64,000 bases of DNA from Eledone cirrhosa (taxonomy: Eukaryota). A model generated the notes under the pieces. That model made no database searches and was not told the origin of the DNA. It saw only the letters and a list, made by a program, of their open reading frames with translations. The stretch's first letter is position 1. The number at the start of each line of letters is the position of its first letter. A program made the translations under genes and the position numbers. Where the stretch lies: positions 135,470,001 through 135,534,000 of the forward strand of contig OZ024742.1 in assembly GCA_964016885.1 (NCBI GenBank). Reading direction: 5' to 3'. Shown in pieces: positions 1-11,901 of the stretch.

Positions 1-774
1 AGTTACAGACGACAAAGTCAGGCCAAGGAGATTTCAATCAATGTCGTCGTCTCTGAGATTAGAAGTTAGACTGTTGAAGAACGAAGCCAAAACTACAAGG
101 CGATAATACGTTTGTGGCATCAATGTAAGTCTTCGTCAAAATAACTGTTAACGTTGAGGTGATATTGACAATAATATGTAAAAAAATAAAACAGCTATAC
201 CTATAATAACAGCCAACTAAAGCAGCTATGACATCAATAAAGCTAAAAGCACTAACTCTGACAAGAACGACACAACAAACATCATCAGCATCAACAACAA
301 CAACAACAACTACAAGAATTATTGCAGGAGCAAGCAAAATCTAAAAATCAATAAGAAATACTGCAGCAGCAGTAAGTCTGTCAATGTATGTTCCTTCACA
401 CGTCGCCTTGAGGCATCAATTTCCATCTATATATATGAAGCATGAAAATATCAAAACTACTACAAGCACAACATTAGATTTTATTATATATTTAGGCTTC
501 CATACCATACTGCCCCGTAACATGCTGATAATTGGTTATTGCTGAGGAATAGGAAAATGTCCACCTGTTGCTGCAGGCCAGTGTATGAGGAATTTAACAT
601 TGACTGAACTGTTTTGCGCACGGAACAAAAGAAAAGCAAATACATAACCATCATTATAACTGAAAACTGAATCCGAAATTTGAGTCAAAGTAATGGATGA
701 AACGAGTCTGAAGGTAAAATTGGTGATATGTTGCATAATATTCGCACCATCGAATCACAAGCACTATTCGTTTA

Positions 775-1035
775 ACTTCGTCGTTTTCGACGATGAATTA
801 TTTTCCAGTTTTCGAGCAACGGAAGGACCAGCTAGCGAAATTAACGCATAAGCGGTGAAGCATTCCTCAAATACGTGAAAACAATGTAATTTTCATGGAG
901 TTCCTGTGTGTCACAGTGTTTGATGATAACGCTGGGTCTTTGAATTACAGATCCCCACTATCCAAAATACCACGCACTCATATCGAACCCGAGACCTAAT
1001 GTTTGCAAAGCGTACGTATTACACATTCGGTCATA
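775..1035 (-). mobile_element. Degenerate tRNA-derived SINE (family D)
   Basis: The reverse complement of 970-1035 has A/B-box-like motifs (tgaccgaatgtgt...gggttcgata). The body resembles the copies at 8110-8470 and 36230-36545 (gtaattcaaag...ctccc.gagaa...aatttc). Confidence 0.5.
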
Positions 1036-2489
1036 TTGTGTCCACATTTGCACTTATAAACCACACAATATAAATAGATAGTTCCCGATGGTAGTCTCAA
1101 CCAAGCCAGAAACGTGATTCAAGCTGTACATATTTTCCAATCTGTTGAGAAAAGCGTCAATAAGACACAACTGCATGTTTACATATGTAAATGTTTTTGA
1201 ATAAACATAACTCCCAGCTACAGTTAAATCCTCTACCTCTGTGTACCTATATGGAATTACAACATATCATATTGAATATTACACTGTGATGTAGGCAATA
1301 TGCCATGTGTTCGCATCACATTAAATGAAAAGAATTTTACTTAGGTTGCCCTGAAATATAGTTTTAATTTAAATGTTGAATAATAATTAAATCATATGAG
1401 TACGCGTCTGCGTAGTGGCTCGGTTTCCCAGACTTAGAAATTATACGACACTAAAAAACTCCCTATATTCTTACCATAATGTAATTCTTGACTGGTCTAG
1501 GTATACTATTTTGGAAAACAGACAGGAGAAGTGTTAGTTAGATACGATTTTGTCATACATTTGCTGGATCTTTGCTTATCTGTGACTAAATCAGAGCATA
1601 TAATTCATTAAAAGGGCTTAAGCAAATCGTATGTGATGTCGCGACTTACAATGTTCAAGATTTAATTGATTTTGCATTAAAACACGCTGGCGAGGCACGC
1701 GTTATGCATGTGCAACGATTAATACTCTCTCAAAAGAGGGAACATATAAATATAAGTATGATACGTTTCATACTGTGAAATATAGTAGAACATAAAGGAA
1801 GTATCAAACAGTATACGTGAGTTCGATCCCCATATGACGCCGGCTTTTAAATATATTTCATAAATGCTCTTTGTATCCGAACCAACATATATCAATATGT
1901 ATTCGCCGTTGAATTGTAGTTTTAACCGTTAATGAATTTCGTTTAAATATATTTAGTTTCCTTGTAAATTACGCTCATACGTCGCGTGATATTCTCTAAC
2001 ATGAAGCTATTTCTAAGGTATTATCTAATCTCCAACTGGTTATCTTATAATCTTTGAATTAAAATTACTTAATTAAATTTATTTCCATTCAAATCTGATT
2101 TATCCACCAAACATCGATTTATTATTTTATATTTAATGTTTTTGTTTGTGTCAAAGCCTCAGAGTAACTTCTAAACATTTATCTAATTGCTTAGAATTCT
2201 ATTGGCTTCTACACGTTATACGAGTGCTACTGCAACTTCTAATAGAAAAGCGAGAGCGTAGCACCGTGTTCCGTGGATGCGTGCAATATTTTATAAAGTA
2301 TGAAAAATACTCTACGCATTATAAATTAATGATTTTTTATAGTGTTGTTTCATGTAACCTGTGTGTATATGAAGGGTCCTAGATTTTGGGCTATGCATTT
2401 ATATATACATATACGTCTCACCATTGACTACGTATCTACATTGAGAGAATGAGTGTCTCTGTTTTCAATCCATACATTCATGTATATCA

Positions 2490-2870
2490 TAACAAGCAGG
2501 CAGTTTTTCTCTATCTTGTGGTTGTAGAAAAAGAGGTTGTTTGGTGGACGCAGCTGAAATGACTGAAGAGAGATGCTTTTCTCTTCGGCCAATCCCTCAG
2601 CAAAGTTTTCGAGTTCCACTTGAAAAGAAGGTGAGGGTGGAGGGAGAAGTACTAATCGCACCCCCACCAGTGCATTTGTTAAATGACTGGCTCGAGTGGA
2701 GGGGTCTATTTTGACCAGGTACCTGTAGGCTGAGAGTTTCGAGAGCAGAGAAACAACTTCCTATCTTGCTCTTAGAGATAAAGGTAGTTCAGGATCTGTC
2801 GCGTTTCTCAGTTACTCATGTGCTCCTGCTTATTTGGGAAATTTAATGTTTATATTTATGTTTTATTTGT
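2490..2870 (+). mobile_element. Tx1/L1-like LINE, ORF2 C-terminal fragment and 3' UTR
   Basis: Manual translation from 2500 gives AVFLYLVVVEKEVVWWTQLK*LKRDAFLFGQSLSKVFEFHLKR/KVRVEGEVL, resembling the AKxxxWxxR C-terminus of L1/Tx1 ORF2. It contains a stop and a frameshift. Confidence 0.5.
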
Positions 2871-2963
2871 TTACACGCTATAATGTTGTGTAAATCCCTA
2901 CTATCACTGTATGTTTTATTTCATTACACGCTATAATGTTGTGTAAATCCCTACTATCACTGT
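2871..2963. repeat. Tandem duplication, ~53 bp period
   Basis: ttacacgctataatgttgtgtaaatccctactatcactgt occurs at 2871 and 2924. Confidence 0.9.
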
Positions 2964-3029
2964 CTTTTATTGCCCTACATGTTTCGGTGCTTGTGATCAG
3001 TATAGAAAGAATTATAGTTATTATTGGCA

Positions 3030-3480
3030 CTATAGGTGGAGCATCGAACAACATGCTTTGTGGCATAGAGTTACGGCACTTTACATTCTGAGTTCAAATA
3101 CAGTCGGGGTTAGATTTGCCTTTCATCCTTACTGGGTCGATAAAAGTACCAGTAATGTACATTGTTCGATTTAATCGACTTTCCTTTCTCCCAAAAGTTG
3201 TTCACCTTGTGTCTAAATCAGAAACCATTGTTATGATTATTTGATTATTTATTTATTTGGGTGATGAATTCGAAGAATCGTTAACGTGTCGGTCAAAATA
3301 CATTGCTATGTTCGTTATGACTTTTTACAATCTGACGTGAATTTGCCTTTCTCAATTCCTGAGTGTATAAGATAAAGTAAATAAAGTATCAGTTTCGCAC
3401 TGAGGTCAATATAATCGACTTTACTCACCCACCCAAAGCTGCTGGCGTTGTGCCTAAATTAGAAACGTTTATTATTATTA
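3030..3480 (+). mobile_element. Two tandem degenerate tRNA-derived SINEs (family A)
   Basis: The first copy has the B box gagttcaaat and the core tttgcctttcatcctt..gggtcgataaaagtaccag. Both copies end ttgtg.ctaaat.agaaac followed by (tta)n. Confidence 0.75.
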
Positions 3481-5289
3481 TTTTGTATGTTGAGTTACTA
3501 AATTTCACTTGTTTCATCGTATTAACAATAACGTTTATCAATTTCTCTCCAAGGTCTCTTTTAAATGTAGTTACATCTAGTACTGTAAAAACAGTCTATT
3601 CTGGAGATTTGTTTTTGTTTTTCTTCGTCGAAAGCTATGAAAAAGACATTGAAAATGTCAAAGTGAAAGAAAGGGTGGTATATCACCTCAACCGTCCATC
3701 TAATTGGAGTTTTACTCTAAATATCTGTCTTAATGGCTTTCTGAATGACCAGCAGCATCGTCCCCTTCAATATTGCCAGCCTAATTGTTTATAAACCTTA
3801 CATCATTTAGTCCTGCACCTTATAAATTGGTTTTACTTGGCACAGCACACATTATGTCCTATTCACTTTTTTTTTTCTTTCTCGCTTTCACTCATTCTCT
3901 TTCTCTTTCCCTCTCACTTTCACTCTCCAGCTGCTCAAAATTTATTTAGCTGTTTCTATCATCTAGTTGCTTCTGATATCTTCTAAATTACTCAGAAACT
4001 TAATCAAATCGCTTTCGATTGCCAGTTCATTTTCCCGGCTCTATAATGGCTTCTTAAAGTTTAGTTTATTGATTCAAGTTGTAGCTATCTAGTTCTGAGA
4101 ATCTAATCATCAACCAATTGTCTCTTGCGATGTCCAGATGTTTACTGTATCCACGCATTTCCAAACGGATCTTTTGAAGTAATTAATCCACGTACTCAGC
4201 TGTCTAAATGCCTTTCTAAATTTAAAATGTAGAATGAAAATGAGCGAAAACAAAACGAAAGAAGGCGCTGGTACAGAAAGTTTCGCTAAAATTCATTAGA
4301 TGGTGATACTATACTCTAAACTTCATTTCGATCGTCGAGACACGTTATCTTCATTATGTTTTGCATTGCTCAAGAATTCAGAAGCAGCTGCAATATCATG
4401 ATTATTATCGTCGAAGAACAAGAGAGGAATTTAAAGTCAAGGTTCACTTTCTGATGGCATTTGATAACATTTGACACAAGCTGGCAATACCTCAGGGCTC
4501 TCCCTCTTGTCGGAGGACACATTCAGCCACAAATGAGGTATAAACTTAAAGATAGATGAACCACAGCTTCCACTGACCAGAAAGAATCAAGAACCTCCAC
4601 ATTTAGGTATTTTGATAAAATAAACAGTAAACTTTCATTTCCGAAATTGTTGTAATGTTATTTCATTTTCATTTTTTTTTCTTTTCGCCCTCTATCAGAA
4701 ATACACATGGCAATAATGACAGACAACCAACCGTTAGACATACACTTCGTATACATTTCTAATCTTCAATTTGCGTAGTAAGGATCAGCCCAAATAAGAA
4801 CTTATCCTTCTAAAAAGAAACAAAACTGTAAGTTTGAGAATTTCATATTTCAGCACCAACAACAGCAACATCAGTATCAACAAATATGGGCGATAACATC
4901 TAACCCTTCAACAGCAATAGCCACAACAATATTAACATCAGCGATAACCGCAACAAAAATGAATGATCAAAAATTAACAAAAAACAACACCATCAGAAAC
5001 ATCAACGGCATCAACGTTAAGAGCAAAAACATGTACATGAACGATATTAACCATATTAGCAACAACCAAAAACATCAAACGCAGCATCTATATCAACACT
5101 ACTACTACAACAAGGTTGGCAGCAATCAACAACGACAGAAAAAGCAACAGTATTGTTTGCAAACGTTAAGTAATTCAACAATATCATATTCAAACATGAA
5201 ATACACTAATCTGCCACTATTCTAAGTTTCCCTTTTGAAAGGGAGAAAAGCGCAATTTCAAGCAGAGAATTCAATATATGTTAGCTGAA

Positions 5290-5482
5290 AATGGTGGATA
5301 GGCAAAATCGTTAGAAAGTCAGATAAGATACTTTTCGTTCTGAGTGCAAATACCGCTGAGGTCAACTTTATTTATCTTTCCGCTGGCGATAAAATAAAGT
5401 ACCAGTCAAGTACTACTGTCGATATAATCATTTTCAATCCACCCTCAAATCTCTGTCTTTGTACCTAAAGTAGAAACCAATA
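5290..5482 (+). mobile_element. SINE family A copy
   Basis: ttctgagtgcaaat...gaggtcaacttt...cgataaaataaagtaccag...ttgtacctaaagtagaaacc. Confidence 0.7.
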
Positions 5483-5649
5483 TTAGAGTGGTTATATATT
5501 CATTTATTAAATTAGTGAATATAATTTTTGCGTAACCGTTTACTTTTCTACGAATTCGATTGACAGTGAGCTAGCCCTAATAAATACATTAATATAGTAC
5601 AACACGCGCACACACACATATATATATATATATATATGTGTGTGCGCAT

Positions 5650-5680
<31 letters not shown>

Positions 5681-5689
5681 TATTTTGTC

Positions 5690-5884
5690 AATCGATTTCG
5701 TCAAATCAGGCCGAGGAAACAATGTTTCCGTTGGTCTTTCCACTTGCGAATACTCTCTATCGGTCGCAACACCAGATAGAAGGAATAACGTGTCTTGCTG
5801 AAGGATATCGCATCGTCCAAGAATCGAACTAACAACCCTACAGTTGCGAATCCAGTTCTCTAACCGATCAGCCACACGCCCTCA
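5690..5884 (-). mobile_element. tRNA-derived SINE family B (CORE-like); left arm of an inverted duplication
   Basis: The reverse complement has A box tggctgatcggtt, B box agttcgattc and a cctt(c)agcaagacac CORE-like motif. Confidence 0.85.
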
Positions 5885-5896
5885 CTTATATATATG

Positions 5897-6085
5897 TATG
5901 GCTGATTGGTTAGAGAACTGGATTCGCAACTGTGAGGTTGTTAGTTCGATTCTTGGACGGTGCGATATCCTTGAGCAAGACACGTTATTCCTTCTATCAG
6001 GTGTTGCGACCGATAGATAGTATTCGCAAGTGGAAAGACGAACGGAAACATTATTCCTCGGCCCGATTTGATGAAATCGATTGAC
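5897..6085 (+). mobile_element. SINE family B; right arm of the inverted duplication
   Basis: tggctgattggttag...agttcgattc...ccttgagcaagacac; a near-identical reverse complement of 5690-5876. Confidence 0.85.
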
Positions 6086-6149
6086 AAAATAAATAGATAA
6101 TATATATATATAATACAATGCACACACACACACACACACATATATAAAA

Positions 6150-6368
6150 GGAACGATCGACTTTCGTCAAATCGGACCGAGGGAACAATGTTTCCGTTGG
6201 TCTTTCCAATTGCTAATACTATCTATCGGTCGCAACTCCAGGTAGAAGGAGTAACGTGAAACAAAGTGTCTTGCTCAAGGACATAACGCATCGCCTGGTC
6301 CAGGAATCGAACTCACAACCTCACGATTGCGAATCCAATTCTCTAACCACTCCGCCACACGCCTTCAC
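6150..6368 (-). mobile_element. SINE family B, near full length
   Basis: The reverse complement closely matches the + strand copy at 21973-22190. Confidence 0.85.
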
Positions 6369-6625
<257 letters not shown>

Positions 6626-6839
6626 GCAGGGTGTCCCACAAAAATGTGTACACAATTCGACACCATTTTAATAAATATTGTATATATCTCTAGTAACTAT
6701 ACTTTGTAGTTATTAACGCACTATAGCGATATGTACTGTCTTTAATGCGTCGAAACCTCATTGACCCACAGCCGACAGCTGAATAGTGAGAATTATCCTT
6801 ATGATTGTGTTTCTCTTACATTTCCTAAACAATATATAT

Positions 6840-6909
<70 letters not shown>

Positions 6910-7059
6910 TGTGTATGTGAGTGTCGCGTGCATATACATGTTAAATGAGACACGTTTGTTGTACATATAAATGCTGTAATGCATGGAGGCAGTTTCGATA
7001 GATACTACTGAGCTAATACTACATCAGCCCTTAAGCTTAGAAAATTAAAAATCTGACAC

Positions 7060-7620
7060 TACATTTTCAAAACAGCATCAGTTTTCATATTAATGATATA
7101 TTCTATGAACTCTCGCAGATTTTCATCAATATCACACATAAACGGATTCACTTTGCAAGTGTACGTTTTATCTGGAATGTCAGCGAAGTATATATCCGTA
7201 TCACAAAGCTATTCTAGATGTTCAATGAATGTATTTTTGGTAGCGTCTGCAATTTCTTTGGCTTCGGAAGAAGTTTGAAGAAATGGAAATCACACATAAT
7301 TCCTTGCATAGTGTGCACTATACCAATTTCTCAGAATTTCAGAAAATGAACTATTCTTTTTCAATTCGCAAAAACAAATTTAAACCCTTTCCTAGGAGAA
7401 AGAGTTTCACAATTCTGAAAAAAATGTATACCACAAATCTCTCTTCAGTCATAAATTTGACTGTATAAGATTTTGTTCCTGACAAACGAAAATCTATTTT
7501 TTCGTCACAAAACTCCAGCACCCTAAATAGATATTTAAGTGATTTTTCTTCTTTATGGATACAAATAACCAACTTAGTTTTATGCAATATGGTAATTTAT
7601 CCATCCCCATTTCAATTTTC
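7060..7620 (-). pseudogene. Possible degraded hAT (Charlie/Buster-like) transposase fragment
   Basis: Minus-strand translation FIEHLE*LCDTDIYFADIPDKTYTCKVNPFMCDIDENLREFIEYIINMKTDAVLKM follows the HL..L...YF......NPF...LI.L..D..LK pattern of these transposases. Upstream LFRVLEFCDEKIDF is weakly compatible. Confidence 0.4.
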
Positions 7621-8109
7621 ATTGCATTCTTGATAAGACTTTCCCTCCATGAGAAACTCTAAGAAAATAAAGATGGTTATGTATACACCGATGGGATGTA
7701 AGCTCGGAGAATTTGAGGCATCGAAACATAATACTTTAAAGCATTTTGTAAGCACTCAATGTTATCACACCCAGAAGAAAGATCGGCAACCTAAATTTAG
7801 TTTGCCGTTTTATGTATAATATTGTCAGTTTGAATTGAGGTATTTAACTTCCTGTACTTGCATATTTAGAGGTACTTATGTTATTATTATATAATTCCAA
7901 TAGAGGAGACAAACGGAATATGTATAAGGCAAGGTAATGATATGTTCTCGATTTTTTTATCGTTAAGACTAGGTAATTCTCATGACTTTCAGAATTCAAA
8001 GAGAGGAATATACTTTCAAGGCAAATACATAGCCCAAATACTAGCAACAAATGGCTTCCAGTAAAAGCATAGACGTGTCATGTAGTTGTGTTGCACCACA
8101 AGTTATCCG

Positions 8110-8470
8110 ATGTGGTGGAGAAAGCATGGTCAAATGATTATGAAGTTAGGTCCTGGATTCGATCGTACTACGAGGCGCCTTGAGTATGCCTTATTTGCCA
8201 CAACGTCACGGTGAAACTTAATATTGTAGGTAAAATTGAATTGGGGAAACTGTTTGCATACACATTGAATGGACTGTACCTATAACTCAAAGAGTCACCC
8301 ATGTCATACATAGAGTTTTACGCAGATTCTCCCTGAGAATGTTTATGGTACGCTCACCCACTTACATGGTAAAGTCATAAGGTAGCATTTCCACTTATGA
8401 AACAATCATAAAACACATCGCTGGAACCGACATAGATCCATTCCATTCTATCCGATACGGCGCTATAAAA
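8110..8470 (+). mobile_element. Degenerate SINE family D
   Basis: B-box-like ggattcgatc and a body similar to 36230-36545. Confidence 0.45.
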
Positions 8471-8557
8471 ATTTGCCATTCAACGGAAAGATAAAATTTA
8501 ATGTATAACTAGGCAAGGGCGGAAATTTGAATGCAGTCAGCCAGAATAAATAACGGT

Positions 8558-8985
8558 TTCTGATTTAGGTACAAAGCCAACATTTTTTTATATCGATCTC
8601 AGTGCATTACTGGTGTTATATTTTATCGACTTCGTAAGGATGAAAGGAATCGTTAACCTAGGTGAAATTTTGATTTAGAACGTAAAGTGCCGGTACAAGT
8701 ATTGCTATGTATTTTCCCGGCGCTCTAATAACTCTACCAATCCATTTCCCGTATAAATAATTGATTCTACTTTAGGCACAAAGCCAGCAATTTGACGGGA
8801 ATAGGAAAGTCGATTAAAACGCGCCCAGTGCATTGCGGGTACTTTATTTTATCGATTGAGTAAGGATGAAATGCAAAGCTAACCTCGGCGGGATTTGAAT
8901 TCAGAACGTAAAGGGCCCTCACTCTATGCCGCTAAGCATACTGTCAGACGCTCAACTGATTTTGCCAATCCACCGCTCTAACTGC
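8558..8985 (-). mobile_element. Two tandem SINE family A copies
   Basis: Reverse-complement cores (ttttatcga...aaggatgaaa...aacct.gg...attt...agaacgtaaag) at about 8620-8690 and 8845-8915. Confidence 0.75.
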
Positions 8986-9853
8986 CAATATAAATAATGC
9001 AAATCATTTCAAGTGACGTTGTAACTCTTTTGCTAATTCGACTTATCAGAAATGATGGTGTAACTATTGAGTCCCAGGCCAAGCCTCATTGGAAATATCC
9101 ATTTATAAAAGTCATTCTAAATATTAACCTATTTTTTTCTTCTAGATTGATTACTAAAATATCCAATGTATACTTCCTTGGTTGAGATGGTGGCGAATCA
9201 TTTGGAGGAGACTTGTTTGATACGTCTAGAAGATTGAGAGAACCCGACTATCATTTACTATATCGGAGAAATAGGGAAACGGTGACTTCAACCAAGTACC
9301 TAGCAAACCGAGTCATAGGCTTGCTTGCCTCGACCACCCACACAACCTGCTGGATGATTTGGTTTATTATGGTAATTCCTATTATTATCTCTCAGCCTAG
9401 TCAAGTTTGTCCCAAACTTCTATCACTGACATGGCAAATAATTGTTGATATGTTTACTCACATCATACCTTGCTTTCTTTTTTTCTACCTTCATTGTGAT
9501 AGTAGTGACATGACATGCTCAAGTGATGTCATTACTGGAAGACGTACAAATGACCGTGATCGTAATGGCAATTGTAATAATAAATCTAGTTGTTGTACTG
9601 GTAGTAAAGTTTGAGGGGAAATGATGGGTGTAATTCTTACCGCCCCCACATAAATATTTTATGTGAGTGTTTGCCTGAATGTATGTATGTGTATATATCA
9701 TTGTATATCCCATCTACCTCAATCTATTATTATTTTCATTTCCTAACTTCTTTCATCTCACACTGCAATTTTATACATACGTTCCTCTATCTATAATTAT
9801 ACCTTTCTACTGTTTGTCGAACACTATCTTCCTGCTTCCCCATCGCCTCTCTT

Positions 9854-9959
<106 letters not shown>

Positions 9960-10030
9960 TGTGTGTGTATATATATCTATATATATATGCAAATAGTAAA
10001 CAGAAACAAGAAAGCAGCTAAAACAGTATA

Positions 10031-10099
<69 letters not shown>

Positions 10100-10490
10100 C
10101 ATTTATGTGTATGTGTGTGTGTGTGAGTGTGTGTGTGTGTATGTATAAAAGAAGACCATTGGGAAGAAGTATATTGAAGTAATTGTTATAACACTTAATA
10201 CATTGCGAAAGGAGTATGTACGGACATTATTTTGAGAAAAAACACATGTGTATTCAGTCTGCCATTTTGAAGAAATATATATGTATATAAAACCATATAT
10301 GCCATAAATAGAAGGTAAACAAGTCCAAGCTAAACCCACGCGAAACAGTAACCGCAAAATAAGGTAGCTAAATTGCTGAGTTAAGAATATTCCTATGGAT
10401 ATATGTAAGCTTTCTACTAACCAACGTTCTGTTAAAGATTCTTGAATATTCAATATTGATACTATATGTACATATATATATATATATATA

Positions 10491-11530
10491 TTAAATATAA
10501 AGATTTACATATACATAAAGTCACAGATATATATGTGGCACCCGTTCACGATGTGGCTCAATGAAGAATTGACAGTATATTTGGTCAGTTTCTACATGCT
10601 GTTGAAATGTTGGGTAAATACTCTATTGTGATCAACCGCGAAGAGGCTGCTTTCGGTTATTTATCAAATATTTCTTCATAGGAGCCTTTATTCTTATAGT
10701 CTGGTCTAATTGAATTTTTATAAGGTTAATTATGCTAATTGGGAGAGGCAATAGTTTATATATTTTATCTAATGATTCTAAGGACATAATTTATGATATA
10801 TTGCTCTGATTATTTAATTTATTAAGTCTTCATTGAGCCACATCGTGAACAGTTGTCACATATATATCTGTGACTTTATGTATATGTAAATCTTTATATT
10901 TAATAATCTCCCGTTGGGTTGAGATGCAATTTGGGCGATATTGGGATGCGCTTTCTAGCAACGAGCCTACTCGCCGTAAGCAACTAATCACATTCTTTCT
11001 AACTTGACCACTGCCACGTCACGATTCTTAGCCATGTTTTAAATCTATTTCTGGCGGGATCGCTTTGGAAAATTAACTGTCCTATTGAGATTGGCTCCTG
11101 ATGAGTTCGATTCTCGAGATTTATCCCTAATAGGATATCTCAAAATACGAATGAAACCATGGTAGAGATGTAATTACGGTATGTACGCATTTCTTTTAAC
11201 TTTAAATTTATACCTAATTGTGTATGGTTGACGGTATAATTGGTCAGTTTCTACATGGTGTTGAAATGTTGGGTAAATACTCTATTGTGGACAACCGCGA
11301 AGAGGCTGCTTTCGGTTATTTATCAAATATTTCTTCATAGCAGCCTTTATTCTTATAGTCTGGTCTAATTGATTTTTTATATGGTCAATTATGATAATTG
11401 GGAGAGGAAATAGTATATATATTTTATCTAATGATTCTAAGGACATAATTTATGATATATTGCTCTGATTATTTAATTTATTAATTCTTCATTGAGCCAC
11501 ATCGTGAACGGTTGCCACATATATATATGT

Positions 11531-11535
<5 letters not shown>
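10491..11535 (+). mobile_element. Non-coding PLE-derived or retrozyme-like element: partial tandem unit (659 bp period) with an inverted 5' segment
   Basis: 10569-10875 is repeated at 11228-11534. 10491-10567 is the reverse complement of 10827-10903. An HHR core lies inside and (TA)n flanks both sides. Confidence 0.75.
11089..11175 (+). ncRNA. Type I hammerhead ribozyme candidate
   Basis: CTC-CTGATGA (11098-11104); long stem II gttcg..gagat..atcc/ggat..atctc..cgaat; GAAA (11153-11156); C-CATG-G stem III with a palindromic loop; GTA cleavage triplet (11162-11164); then GAG pairing with CTC. Confidence 0.75.
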
Positions 11536-11580
<45 letters not shown>

Positions 11581-11901
11581 TAGCAGTTTATCCCGGTGTT
11601 GCTCGAGTTTATTCCTTTGCTATGAAAATTACATACAGGTAAACGTGGCTTGAAATCGAATAAGCTTATCAATTAAGTGCATAAAGCAGTTAACCCGGTT
11701 ATTAAAAGTTACGAACCAATTAGCATTTTGGACAATCAATGATTGGATAATAATGTTCCAATAGCGAATTTAGCAGACCAAAGTTGCAAGATGGTGGCCC
11801 TGATGCCGCTGGGTGTCAGATCAGTCCGCGATGGGTGACCCTACCAGGAAATAGTTTTCCAGACGACATAGCTGCAACACCTCTAACACCTGCACCAACA
11901 T

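Noticed and set aside
4606-4833. Possible + strand exon 4699-4827 (polypyrimidine-cag ... gtaagt)
   Set aside because: Stops in all three frames and no supporting partner exons; a non-coding exon cannot be excluded.
4850-5225. N/Q-rich ORF 4959-5225 (and similar 59-337, 60113-60463)
   Set aside because: Degenerate (CAA)/(TAG)-type low-complexity DNA.
6626-6670. cagggtgtccc Tc1/mariner-like TIR
   Set aside because: No matching opposite terminus or transposase found.
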